Source: Camelus dromedarius (lineage: Eukaryota). Taken from it: a DNA stretch of 64,000 bases. The position numbers and the translations under genes are program-made. A model generated the notes under the pieces. The model did no database searches, was not told the DNA's origin, and saw only the letters and a program-made list of their open reading frames with translations. This document shows, in pieces, positions 37,159 to 46,578 of this stretch (the first letter of the stretch is position 1; each line of letters starts with the position of its first letter). Location: assembly GCF_036321535.1 (NCBI RefSeq), contig NC_087451.1:41540001-41604000 (forward strand), given 5' to 3'.

Positions 37159-37176
37159 TGGTGACCACAAAGGGAC
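37159..37176 (+). other. Retroviral primer-binding site complementary to tRNA-Arg(TCG)
   Basis: TGGTGACCACAAAGGGAC differs from TGGCGACCACGAAGGGAC (complement of the recalled tRNA-Arg-TCG 3' end GTCCCTTCGTGGTCGCCA) only by two CpG-type transitions. It starts 5 nt after the LTR end. Confidence 0.8.
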
Positions 37177-37437
37177 CGAGAGCAGACTTCTCTCCTTCAC
37201 CTGAACTCTAAGAGGAACCAGAGCCTTGGTGCCAGCAGAGGCCACTTGTGCCCATCAGCCTACTCAAAGAGTCCAGGTGAATTTTAGTAAGTCTCTCCTG
37301 GTTCTCAGATCTCTCATATTGGTTGATGATCTTGACTTTCATTTGGCAGTGTTAACAGGTACCTGCCCCCCCACCCCAGTTGAGAGATACTGGGGAGAAA
37401 TACTCACCCAGTGGAGACATATGGGGGGGGGGCCTGG

Positions 37438-38250
37438 GTGAAATACACCAGGGAAATTCCCACCCCATGGAGAGGCACCTGAGGCCACTGTGAAATATAC
37501 TAGGGAAATTCCCACCCTGTGGAGGGGCACCTGAGGCCACTGTGAAATACACTAGGGAAATTCCCACCCTGTGGAGGGGCACCTGAGGCCTGTGTGAAAT
37601 ATACTAGGGAAATTCCCACCCTGTGGAGGGGCACCTGAGGCGACTGGGAAATATACTAGGGAAATTCCCACCCTGTGGAGGGGCACCTGAGGCCACTGTG
37701 AAATATACTAGGGAAAGTCCCACCCTGTGGAGGGGCACCTGAGGCCACTGTGAAATATACTAGGGAAAGTCCCACCCTGTGGAGGGGCACCTGAGGCCAC
37801 TGTGAAATATACTAGGGAAAGTCCCACCCTGTGGAGGGGCACCTGAGGCCACTGTGAAATATACTAGGGAAAGTCCCACCCTGTGGAGGGGCACCTGAGG
37901 CCACTGTGAAATATACTAGGGAAAGTCCCACCCTGTGGAGGGGCACCTGAGGCCACTGTGAAATATACTAGGGAAATTCCCACCCTGTGGAGGGGCACCT
38001 GAGGCCTCTGTGAAATACACTAGGGAAATTCCCACCCTGTGGAGAGGCATGTGGGGGCCTGTGTGAAATATACCAGGGAAATTCCCACCCTGTGGAGAGG
38101 CATGTGGGGGCCTGTGTGAAATATACCAGGGAAATTCCCACCCTGTGGAGGGGCACCTGAGGCCTCTGAAATATACTAGGGAAGTTCCCACCCTGTGGAG
38201 AGGCACCTGAGGCCTGTGTGAAATATACTAGGGAAATACCCATCCTGTGG
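37438..38250 (+). repeat. 52-bp minisatellite, about 15.6 copies, in the ERV leader
   Basis: Consensus GTGAAATATACTAGGGAAA(T/G)TCCCACCCTGTGGAGGGGCACCTGAGGCCACT. Unit starts at 37438, 37490, 37542, 37594, 37646, 37698, 37750, 37802, 37854, 37906, 37958, 38010, 38063, 38116, 38168 and 38218 (partial). Confidence 0.97.
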
Positions 38251-38398
38251 GGAGGTAGGGAAGAAAACAGACAAGACTCTGGCTTTCTCAGGCAACTGAG
38301 AAATTAGGAGAGTGGTGGAGGCAGATTTCTCATACTGTGCTGTAGTCTGTGTGGTAGTCCCAATAGGAAACCCACTCATTAATTAAGAGTCTCATCTA

Positions 38399-38550
38399 GA
38401 GGGGGGAGGGTATAGCTGAAGTGGTGGAGTGCTTGCTTAGCATCCACAAGGTCCTGGGTTCAATCCCCAGTATTTCCTCTAACTAACTAACTAAATAAAC
38501 CAAATTATCTCCTTCCACAAAAAATAAAAAATAAATAAAAACTTAAAAAA
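38399..38550 (+). mobile_element. Camelid tRNA-derived SINE (Vic-1-like) nested in the ERV
   Basis: Head ggggagggtatagctgaagtggtggagtgc...ggtcctgggttcaatccccag (A and B boxes) and A-rich tail. TSD aagagtctcatcta (38385-38398) / aagagttactcatcta (38551-38566). Confidence 0.9.
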
Positions 38551-38766
38551 AAGAGTTACTCATCTACGGGTCACGTATAAGAATTGATTATTCAGTGATC
38601 CAAGCACCTGTGGTGGTCTGAGACCATTGAAGGGAGAAAATGAGCCACGTAAGAGGGCTGAAACGACTCTGGGGTGATGCCTAGATGAGTTAAGCTCACA
38701 AGGAGCACATTGGCCCACCTCACAACTTCATTAGTAAATTTTATCCTTGACAAATTCAACTTTAAA

Positions 38767-38950
38767 ACGGGAAATAGAACCTCGCAAACACAGAAACAAG
38801 AGGCATCAGAAAGCCAGCCTCCGACGAACACCCTAGCCAGGGTTATGTACATAGAAAATTTATACTTGCAAGTACTTACTTAATTGGGAATTAAAGGAAA
38901 TTTTGCCCTGAAAATGGACAAAAGGGGCTTTTATTGCATATACAGTTAGA
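38767..38950 (+). pseudogene. Decayed gag (matrix) N-terminal remnant of the ERV
   Basis: aaaACGGGAAATAGAACCTCG... translates as (M>T)GNRTSQTQKQEASESQPPTNTLARVMY. This is an MGxxxS myristoylation-like start, followed by frameshifted CKYL..W and ..W.KG.F motifs resembling gamma-like matrix. Confidence 0.5.
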
Positions 38951-40875
38951 GAAAGCTAGCTTGGAAAAAAGACTCTTCAGCATCCTGACACTGAGAGAAC
39001 AAGTCCTCCTAGGAGAACTTGCTTTTCTCTCCCTGTGCTTTGAGACCAAGGTTCTCAGGAACACTTATCTAGACCATCTCTAATTCCTGAGACTGCAAGA
39101 CAAAGAAATGGGGAGAGAGAGAAGAAGCTTTTTAAAATTTAGCTTATTCCAACTGTTAAAACTAGTGTTTATATTGCAGTACCTAATTCATGACCAAGTT
39201 TAGAAAATGAAGCTATGAGGTCTCTAGTTGTGTCTATCTATATGTCTAGGTGTGTATTATATATGTCGTTACCCTTGGATGGTATTATCAAATTTAATTT
39301 GTAAATGAGCTGTACTTAATTGGCTTAAAGGAAATTAAGCACTTATCTCACTTCTGAGAAGTAAAAGGAAACTGTCCAGAATGAATTTCAGGTTCACGTG
39401 AACTGAGAAATATTCAGTATTAAATTAATACCTGGCATTAAAGTTCACTGATTTAATTAATATAAACATGTCTTTAGAGTCATCAACATTAAGTACAATA
39501 CCTTTGTTGTACCTAGGTTTAACAGTTCTGTCAAATAAGATCTTATTATATCTGTTGCAAATCTGTCAGCAAGAAAAATAATTTGGTATGATGAAATTTT
39601 TGTAAGTAAATTGAAGGCAAATGAGGGAAGAGCTTTTAGATAAGTTCTTTAGGAGTAATTATGTTTTAGGAATGTCTACTTAAAAATAACTTTTCCATAT
39701 ATTTGGTAAGTCAAAATTTTAGAGTTGTGCTAAATTAAGCTAAATGATGGGAGCTTATTAAATAATAGCTAGGTCATTCCCAAAATAAACTAAGATGCTG
39801 AAACATTAATTACTGATTATTGGCTTCCTTTTGTAGGGAAACTAAAGGGTTTTAGGACTATTAATAAATACATTTAGTGACAAATTGAGATATTTTCTAT
39901 AACAAAGCACATGGTTTATGTTTGCCAATCTATAGAATGTTTATGTATAAGACAGTTCATAATTGCTTACTTCTTAGTTTTCACTGGAAATTGAGGTTTT
40001 TAAGAGTTTTTTTTTTAAGAGTTTAAAGCTCTGTTTTAAATATTTAATTAAAGCCACTAGGAGAAATAAAAGAAATATTTCAGTATACAGTAGGAAAGTA
40101 GGATGTGTTTTTTCAGTAAAGAAGTTATGAGGAATGGAATTGCATTTTAAGGGAAAAGAAAAGTAGGTTTATTCTATAGCTGGTTATTTCTGGATGGGAA
40201 AGAAATAAGGGGCAAACTAATATGGATACAGAAAGTGATGGAAGGTTTATGGAAAAGGAACCCTGAGAAGAGAGTGTTGTGCATGGAAAGCATTGACTAA
40301 GTTAGAATAAATTTAATTGAATAAATAAAGTGTTTAAAGAAAGCTGGTGCAAAACTTGAATTTAGCTTTTCTTTCTGTTAAGAGGACAAATTTTTCTAAA
40401 AATGTTGATCTGTTTTTGATAACAGATTATAAAATTTCTTTTACGTTTAATCAGAAATCCATTATAACTTTCCATATTTGCCTTTGAAATCTTTTATTAT
40501 CATTTTGGCTAAGTGAATAAGAATTGTTTTACTGTGACCTATGATCCTATCTGACCAAGTGTTTTAAAACCTTTTTGGTATTTTTCCCAAATCAAATTTT
40601 AATGAAGTTTCTTTAACCTCTAGCTAACTTTAGGATGCTTCAAAGGGCTCCTGAAACATCTCAGAGAGAGATATTAAACTAGTCAGATTCATTTGGTAAG
40701 TTAAATTGCATAGGAAGTATTGTCAAATAAGTAATCTTAGGTTGTGTTAGGGAAAATAGTATTATATAAATTCTATCTTCACCTGACCTAGGAATAAGCA
40801 TTCCTAGCACTGCGGGACCAAATGGTCATGAAATGCCTCCCAAACCATGGTCGAATTTATGACCATGGGGGGCCC

Positions 40876-41346
40876 TACCAACTAAAAATTGGCACTTGCC
40901 ATCTACCTCTGCTTGGATGAAATCATGAACCCTGCAGCCACTGACCTCCAACACTTCCTGAAAGGAGTCAGGATGGAGGTGAGGAATGAAGCACTCTGTG
41001 CTCTGGGAAAACTGGTGGAACAGGCCTTCAGATACTTAAATGTTTGCAGGAGAAAATTTTATGAGCCCGAATTTCTTGCATCTCCTCCTATCTAGAAAAG
41101 CACTAAAATCACTAACGGTGACATCTGCTCCTCATGACTAGCAGCAAGCCTCTGCCTAAATGTGGACTTGACTGCATGGGCCCCCCCTTCACTAAAATCA
41201 TATATAATATTGAGTTTCCCCATCTCTTTGTAGCAGTTTCTCAGAGCTATCTGAAATACTGTCTCCTGGACTATAGTCTTCATTTCGCCCCAAATAAAAC
41301 CTAACCCACAGACTCTCACATTGTGTGATTTTTATTTCAGTCGACA
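40876..41346 (+). mobile_element. 3' LTR (471 bp)
   Basis: Starts TACCAACTAAAAATTGGCAC and ends GTCGACA; TATATAA at 41201-41207 and AATAAA at 41293-41298; roughly 85% identical to the 5' LTR by eye. Confidence 0.9.
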
Positions 41347-42049
41347 CTTCATATGTTTAGAAAAGGAACAAGGACATTGTCCTGGTTTCCTGCAGTGTGG
41401 TTAGCTCCACAGACCCTACCTAGGAAAGGTATCGGTAAATCAAATGATCAATTAGACACTACCCAGAAGTGCATAACACACTACACAGCTGGGACCAAAT
41501 TGGCTTTGGGAACAGCAAACTGTGCCAGACCAATTTAGTTTGCTCTCCAGTGATAGAGTGACGGGCTTTACTGGTGAGGGGCAAGGAGGAGTTGTCATCT
41601 ATCTTGATTTCAGGGCGGCTGTTAGTTCTGTTCTACATGACATTCTCATCAACTTGCCAAGAAAACACTGTCTGTTCCAGCTTCCCCCCAGGGGTGGACA
41701 AGCAGCCTGAACCTTCAAGTCCGAGGCCCTGTCTCCATGTCAATTCCTCATGGGCGTTGGGCTCCCAGCCAGACACTGGCTGTGAATGCCTTCACGCTGG
41801 GGCTTTCCTGGGTGTTCACACGCTGAAAACACAGAGAGGTCTGGATGCAGACATGCATGTATACGGCCACATGAATATACACATGTTCTTGCAAACATTC
41901 ATGTGTCACACTGAGATCAGCATGACAAGTATGGGCCATGCATAAGCCCAAGGGGGCTGGCAGTTAAGCTTGAGGGTGTAGGGGGAGGGGAATACAGGGT
42001 AGAGCTGAACTGTCATTCAAGTGCTAGATCAGTGGCTTGCACAGAGACA

Positions 42050-42810
42050 GAGACAGAATTCAAGGGACATAAAAAATTTAAAATTTTCTAGCAGCTACAT
42101 TTATAAAATAAAAAAAAACCCAAAACAGATGAAATTAAAAAATTTTTTTGCTCTTTGCCTTCTGTATTAACTCAACATATCCTAAGTATGATCATTTCAA
42201 CATGTAGTCAATTTTAATAACTGAGATTTAAAAATTATTTTACTTATGCATTTTTAAATTTTTAAAAAGTTTTATTTGGGGGGAGGTAATTAGGCTTATT
42301 TATTTATTTATTTTATTATTATTATTTTTAGTGGTTACTGGGGATTGAACCCAGATCTTGTGCATGCTAAGCACATGCTCTACCACTGAGCTATACCCTC
42401 CCTCCTAATTTATTTTTTAAATGGAGGCATAGGGGATTGAACCCAGGACCTCAAGCATGCTAAGCGTGTGCTCTACCACTGAGCTATACTCACCCCGCCC
42501 CAATTTTATTCTTTTTAAAATTTTGTACATAGTCTTCAAAATCCAATGAGTATTTTACACTTTATACTGAAACTCAGTGTGGACGCTAAATTCAGACACA
42601 AATGTTTTTGTTTGGATATATCAGATCTGCGTTTGGATTCGTTAAATTGACAGTTGAAAAGTTAGGTTCACATACCCAAATTGTTCCTAATATATTTTAA
42701 AGTTTTCCAGTAACTGAATCCACTATCAGTTTTTCAATTTAATGTTCATAAGTGAAATTAAAATTTTGGTTCCCAGTCGCAATAGCCACATTCCAACTGC
42801 TCAGTAGTCA
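42050..42810. mobile_element. hAT-Charlie (MER33/MER3-like) DNA transposon relic, interrupted by the SINE dimer
   Basis: Segments atcatttcaacatgtagtcaat, agtcttcaaaatccaatgagtattttacac and aatagccacattccaactgctcagtagtcatg resemble MER33/MER3. Confidence 0.6.
42250..42501 (-). mobile_element. Head-to-tail dimer of Vic-1-like SINEs
   Basis: Two tRNA-like heads (about 42425-42501 and 42335-42405), each with ggggattgaaccca..catgctaagc..ctctaccactgagctata; only the downstream monomer carries the cctaattacctcccc tail. Confidence 0.85.
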
Positions 42811-44164
42811 TGGGGTTGGGGGTGGCGGGCAACCGGCTACCAGATAGGACTGCAGGCTTGAAGCCCTAGCAGGCTTAGGGTCTGCAGAAGCAAGGGGGCA
42901 CTGCACAGAGGAGGGCAAGTGCCCTAAAGGGAGCCCAGAGTGGAAGGATTCAGGAGCTCTTGCTGGGGACCTGATGGAAGGACAGGCCGGGGTCAAGGGT
43001 CTGGGACCATAGGACCATGGAAGGGCTGCATCCCACAGGCAAGGGGAAGCAACTGTAGGTCTTTAGCAGGTGGATGCTGTGACAACAGGGAACTTCAAAG
43101 GAGTGATGTGGAGGGTGGCTGGGCTGGAAGTGGGGGAGGTGAGGTCAGGGGACCAGAGGGAGGCCAGAGTAAAGGATGGAGTGATGACAAGCTGAGCCAG
43201 GGTCTGACAGATGGATGGAAAGGAAAGGAGGGGTGTGAGGAACCCCAAAAGCAGGAAGCTGCAGCATTTCCTGATGTCTGCTACGGGAGCTGCAGGAGGT
43301 AAAGGGAACAAAGAGGCAGAGGGGGTTCTAAGACTGGACATGGCATCATTAGCCGTCTGTGGGCATCTGCCCAGGACATAGCCTTAGGACCCATTTCCTC
43401 TCCAGGAGGAACCCTGGGGTTGCCTATGACCTTGGCTGGATTCTACCCGGTTCCTTAGCCATGAATCTTCCCACCTCAGCCCATACCCAGAGGCCCCCCA
43501 CCTCTGTCCCGACCTTGGGATCCCTAGGACAAACCTCCAGCCATTTGGGCTTTTGCTGGCTCCAGGTCCATTGCACAGGTCCTGTCCCTGAAAGGTTGGC
43601 CACCCACACCTCGATGGGCCCAGTGACTTCTGCACCCCTGGCAGAAACAGTGGGGTCGGGGGCAGGAAAGTGCCTTAGGAGTGGGTTGAGAGAAGACTCT
43701 GGTTTGGGATGTGCTGGATCTGAGAGATCTGAGGGAGTTTCAGAGGAGAGTCCAGCCGACGTATGGAAACACTGGACATGAGTTCTGGAATGGAGGCAAG
43801 AACAAGCTTTCATCTGAGAAATCATTTCCATAGAGGAAGTCACACAGCCAAGGTGCTCACAAGACTCATATTCCTTCCCCTCCCACTATCCAGTCCACCA
43901 GGACCTATACCAGAGATGGGCCACACGGAATCTTTGCCCTTGCCCAGCATTCCTTAGTTCTTCCCCAAGCAGCCAATTAGCTCTCAAACTGGGCCCCTAG
44001 AAGGAAACTGGATGGGAATTGGGATTGGTCCTGGTTATGGGGGTTCCAGGGCTTAGGAAGGCCTTGGTAGAGGTCTGGGGAGGCAGAGGGGGTGGGTACT
44101 GTCTTAAAGAGGGACGGTCAGGTGGACAGGCATCCTTGGCACTTAAACACGCTCCTTGCCCGGG

Positions 44165-44640
44165 TCCTTGTCTTTACTGATGTGCAACACACAACCCAAA
44201 AACTTAGTGCTTGAAAAAATTTTTCTGTTATCATGTCTCCCAATTCTGTGGTCAGGAATCTGGGCAGCTGGACAGGCACAGAAGGAATGGGTCAGCTCTG
44301 CTCCAGGGTGCTTTGGCTGCAGTTCAGGTAACTCAAATGGCGGGGAGCTGGAACCTGCAGAGGTGGCCTGGCACATCTCCCTCTCCCTGCTCCATCTCTC
44401 CACGTGGCACTGTGGGCTTCCTCACTGCATGGCAGCCTCAGGGAAGTTAACCTTACCTGGAGGCTCAAGGCTCCAAGTCCCTAGAAGCTCAGGTGGGAAC
44501 CACAAAGTTCTTGATATCTTGCCTTAGAAATCCTGAGTGTCATTTCCACCAGTTTCCAGGTCAAGCAAATTACTAAGGAAAGCTCAGATTCGAGAGGAAG
44601 GGAGGAATAGGTTCCACATTTCCATGGGAGAATGGCACGC
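44165..44640 (-). mobile_element. Old MaLR LTR (MLT1F/G/H-like)
   Basis: caacacacaacccaaaaacttagtgcttgaaa...caattctgtggtcaggaatctgggcag...gggcttcctcactgcatggcagcctcaggg. Confidence 0.7.
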
Positions 44641-46529
44641 GTTCAGAGAAAAGGAGGGAGGGAATGGAAGGCAGCCGTCCTGGGGACAAGCTACCTGCTA
44701 CCCCACCAGGTACAGCAGTTGTGTGTTCTGCCAGCTCTCCCACACTCATCAGCCCAATCTTTCTCTTATGCAGTGACATGCTGTAAAGCCTGTCTTACCT
44801 ACTTAGCTAGAACATACACCCTCAGAGAGCTGAGATGTTTCTTTCATGACTTTCAGCCCAGATTCGCTTCCCAAATCGGTGCTCCTCTCCTGGTCCCAGC
44901 CTTCTGCCTCCAGCCACCCACAACCCCAAGAAACAGAAACATTTTTATAAAGTACCCTGACCACCTTTCCCTTCCTGCTGCCCCCGCTCCGCCAGGTGGA
45001 AAGAGGTCTCATAGACTCACTGATGCTGAGATAGATGGAGGAGAGGACAGAGAGGTGGGGTAGACAAAGGGGTAGGTGGACAGAGCGGGAGGAGAATGGC
45101 CGTGGGGCGGTGACCATGGCAGGCCACATCTGAAGGAATTAGGTGCTAGAAGCCACCTGGATTTATGCTCTTGTCATGCACACATGCCACCTCTGCCTGT
45201 ATTTCAGTTCAATGTTGTTGTAGATTTATAATGCAAATTGTGTTGGAGAATTACACTTTTCCTGGGGTGGGGGTAGGTGGTGGGAATAAACAGCAAAAAG
45301 AGGGGAGGGAAATAGCAGTAACTTTAAAGAAATTATTTGTCAAAATATTTGTAAATAATGATGGCTAGAATAGATCTACATTCAAGTCCTTGTGTAGAAA
45401 TACGGGCACTTGCCCTGAGAAAGTGATGTATCCAAATGTATTCTTCTCGCTCCTGGCGGAATGCAGCTGAACAATGAGATTGGGTCAAGCAAAGCAGAAA
45501 CTGGTGATGGAAAAGATGATTTCTGCTCAGAAGGGCAGGGGCTAGCCTCTATCTGGGTCCCTTTCAGTGCTCCACAAAGAGCCCTTTCTTCCTCCCAGGC
45601 TGTGCCGAGTAATAACAACTGAGGACTTTTTCTCCTGCTGGTTTCTGAACCTCTTCAAGTGTCACCTGGTTAGCAATCAAATTCATACCTGGAATAGTGT
45701 CTTTGACCCTGGGTGACTCTGCACATTGCCTAAGTGCCTGGCTCTTTTGTGGAATTCTGGGAGAAATAGCTCAGTTTGGAAATAGGATGAGAGCGGGGGC
45801 TCCCTGAAACGTTTGTCGGTCATGTCTGTACGTTGGGTTTTTGTAGAGTAAACAGTTTTTCTTATTGGTGGCTGTTAGAGTGGAAAAATGTGTTGTCTGG
45901 AAGGAATTGCATAAGCTCTCCATGCCGAGCTCCCACCAGCCACCACGGCCAAGGCGTTTCCTGGCTCCCAAAGTCAGGGCAGTGTCCTGGGGTATTGTTT
46001 AGCTTGGGTTTCTGTCTGCCTATCTTCCAGTCCAGTCCAGAATCCAATCTTGGGTCCCATTTGTTCACCTGAGTATGCCTCACAGCCCTGGTCTTGACAT
46101 TTTGGGTACTTTGCTTTCAGCATCAGTTTGTCTCACCTGGTCTCATCAGCCTTCAGCCACCCATCACGTGAGTGACACTATCACAGAGTAGGGTGGTGGA
46201 GACAGCCCAGTCAGCTTGGGAATAGGGGCTGGATTCGAATCCAGGCTCTACCACTCACTAGTCCTGGGACCTGGGCAGGGTATTTAAGAAGCTAGAACTT
46301 TTGTTTCCTCATCTCTAAAACAGGGATAATAAAAACCTCCTTTTGGGGTTGATGTGAGGTTTACAAGTTTTGCAGGGCAAGGGTCTGGCCCTCTGAAAGC
46401 ACTCAATGAGTGACAGTTCCTGGTGCTCCCTCGCCTTTACTGCTGAGGGTGGCAGTGGGGAATTGCTCCATGCACCTTAGCTTGCCTGGCCAGGGCCTTT
46501 GTAAACAAGCCTGTTTGGCTGCACAACCT

Positions 46530-46578
46530 GAGGGAGCTGATCAGGAAGGGGAGGGAGCTGATCAGGAAGGGGAGGGAG
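46530..46578. repeat. 21-bp tandem duplication (GAGGGAGCTGATCAGGAAGGG x2.3)
   Basis: Direct reading. Confidence 0.9.

Larger units (their letters stand above)
36688..41346 (+). mobile_element. Non-autonomous class I (ERV1, MER4-group-like) provirus with two LTRs
   Basis: Direct repeats at 36688-37154 and 40876-41346 both end TTTCAGTCGACA. 4-bp TSD CTTC (36684-36687 and 41347-41350). PBS just after the 5' LTR, degraded G-run PPT before the 3' LTR. 3.7-kb AT-rich interior without pol/env ORFs. Confidence 0.9.

Noticed and set aside
37438-38250. CRISPR-like appearance of the regular array
   Set aside because: Units are contiguous with no unique spacers, there are no cas genes, and the context is a mammalian ERV.
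37339-38379. Repetitive ORFs (MPLHRVGISLVYFT...) on the minus strand
   Set aside because: Translations of the 52-bp minisatellite; the unit length is not a multiple of 3, so there is no sustained coding frame.
38399-38475. tRNA-like sequences with A/B boxes (also at about 17585-17658, 20270-20341, 42335-42501)
   Set aside because: They are SINE heads with AT-rich tails, most with TSDs, not tRNA genes; no intact cloverleaf.
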